Shown here: positions 32,521 to 40,820 of the stretch, piece after piece | Position numbering within the stretch: the stretch's first letter is position 1 | Layout: every line of letters starts with the position of its first letter | Origin: an uncultured Gammaproteobacteria bacterium | GTDB taxonomy: Bacteria; Patescibacteriota; Patescibacteriia; UBA1558; UBA10009 | Direction of reading: 5' to 3' | Length of the DNA stretch: 42,610 nucleotides | Assembly: GCA_964588165.1 (NCBI GenBank) | Contig: CAZPMS010000005.1 | Coordinates: forward strand, 69,411-112,020 | Program-made: the position numbers and the translations under genes | Notes under the pieces: generated by a model | The model's database searches: none | Seen by the model: only the letters and a program-made list of their open reading frames with translations | What the model was told of the DNA's origin: nothing

Positions 32521-33801
32521 ATGAAGATAAGTAAGTCACAACCAAAAAAATCAGAAGTGCTATTGGAGATTGAAGTATCTACCGATGAAGCCAGGCCGTT
32601 TTTAGAAAAAGCTGCAGCTAGGGTTTCTAAAAATACTAAAATAGAAGGCTTTAGGCCGGGCAAGGCGCCTTACCATATTGTTAAACAAAAGGTTGGTGAA
32701 ATGAATATTTACCAGGAAGCTCTGGATAATATTGTTAGCCATTTTTATATTGAAGCTGTAAAACAGGAAGATCTTGATGCCGTAGGCCAGCCTAAAATTG
32801 AAATGGAAAAAGTGGCCCCAGGCAATCCCATTGCTTTTAAGGCTACAGTTAGCCTAATGCCGGAAATAAAACTGGGTGATTATAAAAATATTAAAGTAGA
32901 AAAAAAGGAAATTAAAGTTGAAGATAATGAAATAGACAAATCTATTAATGATTTAAAAAAGATGCAGGTTAAGGAAGTTTTAGTGGCAAGAGAAGCACAA
33001 AAAGGTGATAGGGTGGAAGTTGATTTTGAAGTAAGCCTGGACAAAGTGGTTATAGAAGGCGGCCAAGGCAAAAAATATCCGATTGTTTTAGGCGAAGGCC
33101 AGATGATTCCCGGTTTTGAAGAACAAATAGAAGGCTTAAAGAAAAATGAAGAAAGAGAATTCAAATTAAAATTTCCAACAGAGTATCAAAATAAAATGGT
33201 GGCCGGCAAAGAATGTGATTTTAAAGTTAAACTGCTTGCCGTTTATAATCAAGAACTGCCTAAGGCAACCGATGAGTGGGCTAAAGGTTTAGGCGCAGAA
33301 AGCCTGGAAGATTTAAAGTCTAAAATCAGAAAAAACCTTGAAGACGAAAGAAAATTTCATGAAGAGCAACGAGTAGAAATTGAACTTCTAAAAAAGATTG
33401 TAGAACAGGCAGAATTTTCTGAAATCCCGGAAAATTTAATCCATTCAGAATCCCATAGAATGCTCCATGAATTTGAAGACAGCATTACCAGGCAGGGTTT
33501 AACTTTTGATGATTATTTAAAAAGCATTAAAAAAGATAAAAAAGAATTGGAAAAAGAATTCAAGCCCAAGGCAGAAGACAGGGTAAAAACTTCAATCATA
33601 ATCAAAGAAATTGGCGATGCTGAAAAAATAGAAGTTACAAAAGAAGAACTGGCAGAAGAAACTAAGAAAATTTTAACTCAAGCCCAAGGCAATCCAGAGG
33701 CAGAGGCTAATGTAAAAACAGACGGCTATCAAGGTTATTTAAAAACCATTGTCAGGAACAGGAAAGTTATTGAAATGTTAAAAAAGGAAAGTTTGAAATA
33801 A
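32521..33801 (+). CDS. tig: Trigger factor
   Basis: 426 aa. N-terminal ribosome-binding motif GFRPGKAPYHIV. Central FKBP-like region GMIPGFEEQIEGLKKNEEREF. Confidence 0.9.
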   Translation: MKISKSQPKKSEVLLEIEVSTDEARPFLEKAAARVSKNTKIEGFRPGKAPYHIVKQKVGEMNIYQEALDNIVSHFYIEAVKQEDLDAVGQPKIEMEKVAPGNPIAFKATVSLMPEIKLGDYKNIKVEKKEIKVEDNEIDKSINDLKKMQVKEVLVAREAQKGDRVEVDFEVSLDKVVIEGGQGKKYPIVLGEGQMIPGFEEQIEGLKKNEEREFKLKFPTEYQNKMVAGKECDFKVKLLAVYNQELPKATDEWAKGLGAESLEDLKSKIRKNLEDERKFHEEQRVEIELLKKIVEQAEFSEIPENLIHSESHRMLHEFEDSITRQGLTFDDYLKSIKKDKKELEKEFKPKAEDRVKTSIIIKEIGDAEKIEVTKEELAEETKKILTQAQGNPEAEANVKTDGYQGYLKTIVRNRKVIEMLKKESLK

Positions 33802-33825
33802 ATAATTTAAAGTATAATAATAAAT

Positions 33826-33847
33826 GGGGCAGAAATGCCCCTTTTTT
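33826..33847 (+). terminator. Intrinsic terminator after tig
   Basis: GGGGCA (33826-33831) pairs with TGCCCC (33836-33841), followed by TTTTTT. Confidence 0.8.
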
Positions 33848-33860
33848 GCTATAATTAATG

Positions 33861-33950
33861 AACCACACGACCGTCATTTAAGCAACGTAACGGAGTGAAG
33901 TGATAGAATCTGGTCGTGTGAGACTCTATCGCTTCGCTCCAGAGTGACAA
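33861..33950. repeat. About 90-bp GC-rich imperfect-palindrome element (left of nfo)
   Basis: 16-bp stem GGAGTGAAGTGATAGA (33892-33907) with TCTATCGCTTCGCTCC (33925-33940), containing two G-U pairs. Competing stem CACACGACC (33864-33872) with GGTCGTGTG (33912-33920). Confidence 0.65.
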
Positions 33951-33955
33951 TAACT

Positions 33956-34801
33956 ATGAAATTTGGTTCACATGTATCAATTGCCGGTGGAATTTATAAA
34001 GCACCTAGCAATGCTAAAGCTGTTGGAAATGAAGTTTTCCAAATTTTTTCACGTTCTCCAAGGGGCGGCAAGCCACAAGAATTAACCAAAGAAATTGTTA
34101 AAAGTTTTCAATCGGAGATGAAGGTAAACGGCCAGTCGGAAGCTTATATTCATACGCCATATTACATCAACCTGGCTTCAACCAATAACCGGATAAGGCA
34201 CGGGTCAATTGAAGTTATTAGAGAAGAATTGGAACGAGCAAGCAAGCTAGGCGTTAAATATGTGATGACTCATTTAGGCAGCGCCAATAACTTACCTCGC
34301 AACCAAGCAGTCAGCCAAGTTATAAAAGGCATTAAGAAAATTTTAACCGGTTACAAGGGCGCTGCTACGTTTTTAATAGAAAATTCAGCCGGTTCCGGAA
34401 ATATTGTTGGTGATACTTTTGAAGAAATTAATACTATCATTAATGGGGTCCCTCGTTCCGCTCGGGACAGACTTTCAGTCTGCCTTGACACCTGCCATGC
34501 TTTTGCTACAGGTTATGATCTGCGGGATAAAAAGTCAGTCAACAAAACTCTAAAGGAGTTTGATAAAATAATAGGCTTGTCAAAACTCAAATTAATTCAC
34601 CTTAATGATTCAAAAACAGATTTCGGCAGTAAAGTTGATAGGCATGAACATATTGGCAAAGGTAAAATCGGTTTAGTGGGCTTTAAGGAATTTATTAATC
34701 ATCCCAAGCTTAAAAAAGTTAGCATGATTTTAGAAACCCCGATTGATGAGAAGGGAGATCATAGTACGGATTTAAAAGTGATTAAAAAGTTAAGAAAATA
34801 A
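33956..34801 (+). CDS. nfo: Deoxyribonuclease IV (endonuclease IV, AP endonuclease)
   Basis: The ORF-track start 33944 is GTG inside the repeat. ATG at 33956 gives MKFGSHVSIAGG. YIHTPYYINLAS, MTHLGS, CLDTCHAFATGYD and HLNDSK metal-ligand motifs. Confidence 0.9.
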   Translation: MKFGSHVSIAGGIYKAPSNAKAVGNEVFQIFSRSPRGGKPQELTKEIVKSFQSEMKVNGQSEAYIHTPYYINLASTNNRIRHGSIEVIREELERASKLGVKYVMTHLGSANNLPRNQAVSQVIKGIKKILTGYKGAATFLIENSAGSGNIVGDTFEEINTIINGVPRSARDRLSVCLDTCHAFATGYDLRDKKSVNKTLKEFDKIIGLSKLKLIHLNDSKTDFGSKVDRHEHIGKGKIGLVGFKEFINHPKLKKVSMILETPIDEKGDHSTDLKVIKKLRK

Positions 34802-34810
34802 AATTTTAAA

Positions 34811-34897
34811 ACGTCATTCTGAGGCATAGCCGAAGAATCCCACTACTTTAGCACGTGGTAAATTTAATGGGATCCTTCACTCCGTTTAGGATGACGT
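34811..34897. repeat. About 87-bp GC-rich imperfect-palindrome element (right of nfo), same family as 33861-33950
   Basis: ACGTCAT (34811-34817) pairs with ATGACGT (34891-34897). ATCCCA (34837-34842) pairs with TGGGAT (34868-34873). CTTCACTCCGTT (34875-34886) is the exact reverse complement of 33889-33900. Confidence 0.65.
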
Positions 34898-34924
34898 AGG
34901 AAAAATTTTATTTAGAATTTAACT

Positions 34925-35569
34925 ATGACAGTCGGTATTTACATTATCATAATTTTAATCCTCGGCTACTTTAGTGTTTACCTTAGAGAAAGGTATTTAA
35001 AGGTAAAATGGATGAAGCCGTTAACTTGGCTGGGAATTTTTATCCATGAATCATCGCATGCTCTGTTTTGTATTTTAACGGGCGGGCGGGTAACCGGTTT
35101 TAGGGTAACTTCAACTGTAGGTTATGTAACCCATTACCGGCCTAAAGTACCAATTTTAGGGCCTATGCTTACAGCTATCGGCCCGATGATAGTAGGTTTA
35201 GTTGTTGTAGGCATTTTAAATTATTTTTGGTTGGAAACATCCTTAGCCATTAACACGCCAAACATTTGGGAAAATCTAATTGCCATTGCATCTGGTTTGA
35301 ATTTATTAACTTGGCAGGCTTGGGTTTTATTGGTAATCTTTTTAAACATCGGAGTAATGCTGGGGCCTTCGGTAGCTGATTTAAAAACTATCTGGCCACT
35401 TATTGCTGCATCTTTTTTTATTAATAGTGAAGGTTTGGCTCAAGTTCTGGCTTTAGTGATAGCTATGATAATTGTAAATATTATTTTATTTTTAGTTATA
35501 TTGTTGTTAAAAAAGTTATTAACTAAAAAAAATCGACCTGTTGGTCGATTAGATTTTCCCAGAGATTAA
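34925..35569 (+). CDS. Membrane protein with HExxH motif, peptidase M50B-like (tentative)
   Basis: 214 aa, 5-6 TM. IFIHESSHALFCILTGGRVTGF resembles the HExxH..TGG segment of M50B-like membrane metalloproteases. Confidence 0.55.
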   Translation: MTVGIYIIIILILGYFSVYLRERYLKVKWMKPLTWLGIFIHESSHALFCILTGGRVTGFRVTSTVGYVTHYRPKVPILGPMLTAIGPMIVGLVVVGILNYFWLETSLAINTPNIWENLIAIASGLNLLTWQAWVLLVIFLNIGVMLGPSVADLKTIWPLIAASFFINSEGLAQVLALVIAMIIVNIILFLVILLLKKLLTKKNRPVGRLDFPRD

Positions 35570-35854
35570 ATCTAAGATCATGTTTTGTACGTTGCGGTTG
35601 CTTTTATACCACACCCCTTCAGTTTTAATAAATATTCCGTAAATTGTAAATTCTTTTACTTGGCAACCAAGATCAAACAGAGTGATAGTGAGAAAATTGA
35701 CTTTACCTCTAATTTGGACAGAATCCAGTTTTAGCAAGTCTTCTGCCTCTAATTCGTTCAACACAAATTTAATCTTATCATTGCATATTACAGTTAGCTC
35801 AAAAGATTTACCCCTATTGGTTCCAAATGTAATCACTGTATCAGCTTGTGTCAT
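35549..35854 (-). CDS. Hypothetical 101-aa protein, function unknown
   Basis: AGGAGG lies 6 nt upstream of the ATG (CTAGGAGGAAAAGATG). Convergent with 34925-35569 and overlaps its end by 21 nt. Confidence 0.45.
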   Translation of the reverse strand: MTQADTVITFGTNRGKSFELTVICNDKIKFVLNELEAEDLLKLDSVQIRGKVNFLTITLFDLGCQVKEFTIYGIFIKTEGVWYKSNRNVQNMILDLISGKI

Positions 35855-35919
35855 CTTTTCCTCCTAGTATGTACTTAACTAAATCATTTTATAGTAATTA
35901 ATAATTTTGTCAAACAATT

Positions 35920-36585
35920 ATGAGTAATGAAATTTTATTTATAATAATGACCCTAGTTTCTTTAAGTTTTGTTTTGCTGGCTTTTAGGTTAGGTAGAGCC
36001 TGGCTGATTGGCTTAATAGCTGTCCAAGTGGTTTTAATGAATATTTTTGTGGTAAAAGGCATCTATTTATTTGGCCTGGCTGTAACCGGCGGTAATGTAT
36101 TATATGCTTCTATATTTTTAGCTACTGATTTATTGTGTGAACACTGGGGTAAAAAAGAAGCTGTCCGTGCCGTTAGGATTGGTTTTTTTGTTTCTGCCTT
36201 CTTTTTAGTAATGAGCCAGTTTATTATCAGGTTTATTCCGGCAGATTATGACTTTGCCCAAGAAGCTATGCAAACTTTATTTACTTTGGTTCCCAGGATA
36301 GTTTTAGGTTCAATGGTTGCCTATTTAATCAGCCAGCACTTAGATGTTTGGATTTTTAATAAAATAAAGCAAAAAACCGGTGGCAAAATGTTGTGGTTAA
36401 GGAATAATGGTTCAACTCTCATTTCACAGTTAGTTGATTCTGCCATTTTCACTATTATTGCTTTTGCCGGAGTATACCCGCTCTGGGAATTAATGTTGTT
36501 TACTTATATAATAAAAGTGATTGTGGCAGTTTTAGATACGCCGTTTATGTATTTAGCTAAGAAGATAAAATATGGAGATAACTAA
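35920..36585 (+). CDS. yhhQ: YhhQ/VUT-family queuosine-precursor transporter
   Basis: 221 aa, 6 TM. GGNVLYASIFLATDLLCEHWGKKEA and LISQLVDSAIFTIIAF match the DUF165/YhhQ pattern. Confidence 0.75.
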   Translation: MSNEILFIIMTLVSLSFVLLAFRLGRAWLIGLIAVQVVLMNIFVVKGIYLFGLAVTGGNVLYASIFLATDLLCEHWGKKEAVRAVRIGFFVSAFFLVMSQFIIRFIPADYDFAQEAMQTLFTLVPRIVLGSMVAYLISQHLDVWIFNKIKQKTGGKMLWLRNNGSTLISQLVDSAIFTIIAFAGVYPLWELMLFTYIIKVIVAVLDTPFMYLAKKIKYGDN

Positions 36586-37132
36586 AGATCAGCTTAATAA
36601 AATAGAAAAGTTTGTAGAAAGCAAACTGGATTCTTTGAATTGGTATCATACCCAGGCCATGCGTCCGATTGCCAAAAAACTAGCCGGTTTAGAAAAGGCT
36701 GATAAAGATATTGTAGATGTAGCTGTTTTGTTCCATGATATTGTCAAAGGTAGCAAGGATCATGGAGAGAAAGGCGCCGAGATAGCTAGGAAATATTTAG
36801 AAAAAGAAAATTTTGAACAAAGGTTTGTGGAGGAGGTTGTTTATTGTGTTATTGCCCATCAATTGCCCTGGAAAAATCAATCCAATTTAGTTAACACACC
36901 GGAAGCTAAAGTTTTATTTGATAGTGATATGATCCAGCAAGTTGGCAGATTTGGAATTATTAAAGAGTCTATTAATTATCAAGATTTGATAAGAAAAAAC
37001 CATAGAGACGGCCTTAAAAAGGTGCGGGATATTTTATTTGAGGAATATAATAACATTTTTACCAATAATGGCCGAAAAATGGCTGAAGAAGGATATAAAT
37101 TTGTTAAAGATTTTTTTAAGGATTTATTATGA
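36572..37132 (+). CDS. HD-domain phosphohydrolase
   Basis: 186 aa. H...HD pattern (WYHTQAM ... AVLFHDIVKG) and a downstream D (LFDSDM). Confidence 0.65.
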   Translation: MEITKDQLNKIEKFVESKLDSLNWYHTQAMRPIAKKLAGLEKADKDIVDVAVLFHDIVKGSKDHGEKGAEIARKYLEKENFEQRFVEEVVYCVIAHQLPWKNQSNLVNTPEAKVLFDSDMIQQVGRFGIIKESINYQDLIRKNHRDGLKKVRDILFEEYNNIFTNNGRKMAEEGYKFVKDFFKDLL

Positions 37133-37887
37133 AATTAACTATTTTAGGTACAGGAACTATAATCCCATCATTAAAAAGAAATGCTTCTGGCTATTTTTTA
37201 AATATTGGAGGAGATAATGTATTAGTAGATTGTGGAAGCGGAGTTCTTAGACAACTAATTAAAGCAAAAATTAATTATAATGATCTGGATTATATTTTTA
37301 TCACCCACAGGCATACTGACCATATAGCTGATTTGGTTTCTATTCTACACTCTCTTCATATTTTAAGAAGGGTTCATAATAAAAAATCTAAAAAAATTAC
37401 TTTAGTTGGCTACAAAGGTTTTAAAAGAGACTATCAACATTTTAGGAAGGCTTGTTTTCCTGAAGGTAAAGAGCAATATCCTGTTAAAGTAGAAGAGCTG
37501 GTTAATAACAGAAAGAAATTTGGAAAATGGAAAGTTAAATCAAAAGACGTTAAACATTCACATTCAATTTGTAGCGCTTATAGATTTGAATATAATAATA
37601 AAAGTATTGTTTTTGGAAGTGATGGTTATTATGATCAAAGTTTGATAAAGATATGCAAGAATGCAAATGTGGCGATTTTAGATTGCTCTACACCGATTCA
37701 GAAGAAGGTAGACGTTCATATGTCTCCGGAAGAGTGTGGAAATACAGCCAATGAAGCAGGGGTTAAAAAGTTAATCCTTTCACATATTTCTTCATTAGCT
37801 GAAAAATATGATTTAAAAAAACAAGCTCAAAAATATTATAAGGGCCCGATTGTGGTAGCAAAAGATTTAATGAAGGTTGAAATATAA
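37129..37887 (+). CDS. Metallo-beta-lactamase-fold hydrolase (RNase Z/BN-like)
   Basis: 252 aa. HxHxDH motif as THRHTDHIADL. LVDCGSG. Terminal LILSHIS. Confidence 0.7.
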   Translation: MKLTILGTGTIIPSLKRNASGYFLNIGGDNVLVDCGSGVLRQLIKAKINYNDLDYIFITHRHTDHIADLVSILHSLHILRRVHNKKSKKITLVGYKGFKRDYQHFRKACFPEGKEQYPVKVEELVNNRKKFGKWKVKSKDVKHSHSICSAYRFEYNNKSIVFGSDGYYDQSLIKICKNANVAILDCSTPIQKKVDVHMSPEECGNTANEAGVKKLILSHISSLAEKYDLKKQAQKYYKGPIVVAKDLMKVEI

Positions 37888-37974
37888 GAATACCTATTTT
37901 TTGAATGATAAGGCTTGACATTAAATAAAAAAGGTAATAAAGTAAGAATGTAAGAAAGTATTACTTATAAATTT

Positions 37975-38217
37975 ATGACTATTATAGCTAAAGCGACAAC
38001 TAAAGGACAAATTACCCTGCCGGCTAAATGGCGCAAGAATTTTAATACCGACAGGTTTTTTATTAAAGAAAAAAAAGATGTACTGGAAATTAGGCCTTTG
38101 GATTTGAGTAAGCTTGATAAACAAGAATATACTGTTTTTGATGCTATTAGGGATAATAAGGGTAAAGGTATTAAAGCTAAAGACCTATTAAAAGTTTTAA
38201 AGAAAATTGATGGATAA
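37975..38217 (+). CDS. AbrB/MazE/SpoVT-type antitoxin
   Basis: 80 aa. ATTKGQITLPAKWRKNF is a swapped-hairpin AbrB-type DNA-binding motif. Overlaps the next gene by 11 nt. Confidence 0.7.
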   Translation: MTIIAKATTKGQITLPAKWRKNFNTDRFFIKEKKDVLEIRPLDLSKLDKQEYTVFDAIRDNKGKGIKAKDLLKVLKKIDG

Positions 38218-38449
38218 AATAGAAAAGCTTTTAAGAAAAATAAGTCAAGAAGATCGCCAAAGAATTTTTAAACTAATTAATGATTTGGATCAAGGAAATC
38301 AAATAGGTTTTAAAATAATTAAAATTAAAAACAGCGATTTTTATCGTATAAAATCTGGAAATTTTCGGGTTATTTTTCATTATGAAAATAATGATGTTGT
38401 TATTGATGCTGTTAAATTAAGAAATAAAGATACTTATAAAAATCTATGA
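38207..38449 (+). CDS. RelE/ParE-family toxin
   Basis: 80 aa. FYRIKSGNFRVIFHYENNDVVIDAVKLRNKDTYK matches the yRiRvGdyRviY...v..v.hR..vY pattern. Confidence 0.7.
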   Translation: MMDKIEKLLRKISQEDRQRIFKLINDLDQGNQIGFKIIKIKNSDFYRIKSGNFRVIFHYENNDVVIDAVKLRNKDTYKNL

Positions 38450-38949
38450 AAATAGCCATAATTTCCGACACTCATGATAACGTGCCTAATTTAGAAAAGG
38501 CTTTGGCGTGGATGAAAAAAAATAAAATTGAACAGTTAATCCATTGCGGGGATTTGTGTGCACCGTCAATAATAATAAATACTTTGGGTCCAGATTTTTC
38601 CGGCCCGATTCATATGGTTTTTGGCAATGTGGAAGATCGGGATAAAACCCCGGAATTAGCTAAAAATTTTTCTCAAATAATTCATTATGGTGATAAGGGA
38701 GAATTTGAAATTGACGGCAAAAAAATTGTAGTAGTCCATTATCCTCACTTGGCTAAGGAGCTGGCAGAAGCAGGAAAATACGATTTAGTTTTTTATGGCC
38801 ATAACCATAAGCCCTGGGAAGAAACAGTCGGCAAAACCAAACTGGTTAATCCCGGAACTTTGGCCGGCTTGTTCCAGCGGGCCACTTTTGCCGTTTATGA
38901 TACAAAATCAGATGAGCTGGAATTGAAGGTTTTAGATCAGATGAAGTAA
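38446..38949 (+). CDS. YfcE/MJ0936-family metallophosphoesterase
   Basis: 167 aa. MKIAIISDTHDN, HCGDL, FGNVED, YGHNHKP. Confidence 0.8.
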   Translation: MKIAIISDTHDNVPNLEKALAWMKKNKIEQLIHCGDLCAPSIIINTLGPDFSGPIHMVFGNVEDRDKTPELAKNFSQIIHYGDKGEFEIDGKKIVVVHYPHLAKELAEAGKYDLVFYGHNHKPWEETVGKTKLVNPGTLAGLFQRATFAVYDTKSDELELKVLDQMK

Positions 38950-39010
38950 TATCGCAGATAGTTCACGGATCAATCGCAGATATTTTAATCATCAATCATT
39001 AATTATATTT

Positions 39011-39802
39011 ATGAATTTCAATAAAGAAAAAAAATTAGCCAAAGAAATGGCACAAGAAGTGGGAATTTTTCTAAAAAAGAATTTTGATAAGTTTGATAGG
39101 TCCAAAGGTTTAAAGTTTAAGTCCAAAGACCAAATTCAAACTTGGGTGGATACGGCGGCCGAAAAAATTATTCTAAATAAAATAAAAAAGAATTTTCCTT
39201 CACATAAAATTTTATCAGAAGAAATTGGCCAGAATAATAAAAAGTCCGATTATTTTTGGATAATAGATCCGCTTGATGGTACTACCAATTATTCCATGCA
39301 CTTGCCGGCATATGGCGTTTCAATCGCTTTGGCTTATAAAAATGAAATGGTTTTAGGGGTAACCAATATTCCTGAACTTAATGAATTAACAGTTGCAGAA
39401 AGAGGCAAGGGCGCTTTTACCAATAGTAAAAGGCTAAAAGTTTCTAAACAAAAATTAATGAGTAAATCATTATTAACTTTTTGCCATGGAAGTTTGAATA
39501 ATGATATAAAGCGAGCTATTAAACTTTATTCAGAATTTAAACAAAAGGGCTTTGATTACCGTCAGATTGGCTGTGCGGTGATGGAATTTAATTTTGTAGC
39601 CGCTAGCCGGACTGAAGCCATAATGCTGCCAGGCGCTAATTTATATGATGTAGCTGCCGGAGCTTTAATTGTAAAAGAGGCCGGCGGCAGGGTAACAGAT
39701 TTCAAAAATAAAAATTGGACCATAGGGTCCAAAGATATTTTAGCCACCAACGGTCTGGTCCACGAGCAGATTTTAAAAATTATTTATAAAGCTAAATTCT
39801 GA
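39011..39802 (+). CDS. suhB: Inositol monophosphatase family protein
   Basis: 263 aa. SEE metal site (KILSEEIG), WIIDPLDGTTNY, and a downstream D (LYDVAAG). Confidence 0.85.
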   Translation: MNFNKEKKLAKEMAQEVGIFLKKNFDKFDRSKGLKFKSKDQIQTWVDTAAEKIILNKIKKNFPSHKILSEEIGQNNKKSDYFWIIDPLDGTTNYSMHLPAYGVSIALAYKNEMVLGVTNIPELNELTVAERGKGAFTNSKRLKVSKQKLMSKSLLTFCHGSLNNDIKRAIKLYSEFKQKGFDYRQIGCAVMEFNFVAASRTEAIMLPGANLYDVAAGALIVKEAGGRVTDFKNKNWTIGSKDILATNGLVHEQILKIIYKAKF

Positions 39803-40772
39803 TATAGCCTCGGGAAATACGATTAAGAGAGTCATTTAAGAAGAGTATTAGATTAAAGGTGAATTTTTTAATTAAGTATATTCTAGTTATTTTTTTAACT
39901 TCTTTTTTTAAAATAAATAAAACCTCTTTATAAGTTTTTTGATCAACAACTTCTTTGTATCCTTCTATAACTTTTCTATATAAATCAAGTGCCTTTTTCT
40001 TAGGAAGGCTATAAAATAATTGTTCTGAAAGGTATCGCAAGTCATTACTAAAATCATTTATAGATCCAGTTTTTGTTAGAAGTTCACAGTCAATAAAAGT
40101 AATATTTTCTGACTTTAAATTTATAAAAGTGTGTTGAGGTTTTAATTTTCGGTAGGTAATATTTAAGAGATGAAGTTTACCTAAGTGCCTGCCAGCTCTT
40201 TTAAAAATTTCAGTAGTTTTGTCGCAATCATTTTTTAAGGCCTTCTTAAGAGGTAAATCCTTGATGTATTCAGTTATTATAATCCTCCGGTTTTTACAGA
40301 AAAAAAGAGGTCGAGGCACTTTAATACCCTGCTGGAAGATAAACTTATGTAAATGGTAGTTATGATCTTTTAGGTGGGAAGTCCCTTTAAATTTAAATGG
40401 GGGCCGTGCCAGGCAAAACCATTTTAGTTTTGTATTCCTTTTTACAAATAGCTTTAAGGGGGGGTTGTTATTAAAATTAACTTTAACTAAAAAAGAGCCA
40501 CCATCATAGGCTCTATAATTCATCCCATCTCTAATTGTAATTAATTCAATTGACCGGTAATTTATTTTTTTTGATTTTAGATATTCCTTAACACATTGCT
40601 CTGTAATTTTCTTAACCTTTTTCTTGTAGTCAAAGAGTGTTAAGCCCGTAAGCTTATGAATTGTTTTGACCCAAAAGTTAGGCAAGTCTGATTCCATAAT
40701 ATTTTGAAATACCCATGAATAATCAGCTACCTCCCCATCTATTAACTTATATATTAAAATTAACCTTGTCAA
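39792..40772 (-). CDS. Protein-kinase-like fold protein (Kdo/WaaP/RIO-like) with a non-canonical catalytic loop
   Basis: 326 aa. The start at 40772 is TTG; an alternative ATG lies at 40697. LFVKRNTK (beta3 Lys-like), ITEYIKDL hinge. LHLLNITYRKLKPQHTFIN sits where HxDLKPxN is expected. FIDCE sits where DFG/IDFD is expected. Confidence 0.45.
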   Translation of the reverse strand: MTRLILIYKLIDGEVADYSWVFQNIMESDLPNFWVKTIHKLTGLTLFDYKKKVKKITEQCVKEYLKSKKINYRSIELITIRDGMNYRAYDGGSFLVKVNFNNNPPLKLFVKRNTKLKWFCLARPPFKFKGTSHLKDHNYHLHKFIFQQGIKVPRPLFFCKNRRIIITEYIKDLPLKKALKNDCDKTTEIFKRAGRHLGKLHLLNITYRKLKPQHTFINLKSENITFIDCELLTKTGSINDFSNDLRYLSEQLFYSLPKKKALDLYRKVIEGYKEVVDQKTYKEVLFILKKEVKKITRIYLIKKFTFNLILFLNDSLNRISRGYIRI

Positions 40773-40820
40773 CCCAGCCGCTCGCGAGTAGCTGGGTCAA
40801 GAAAAATGACAAATACATAA

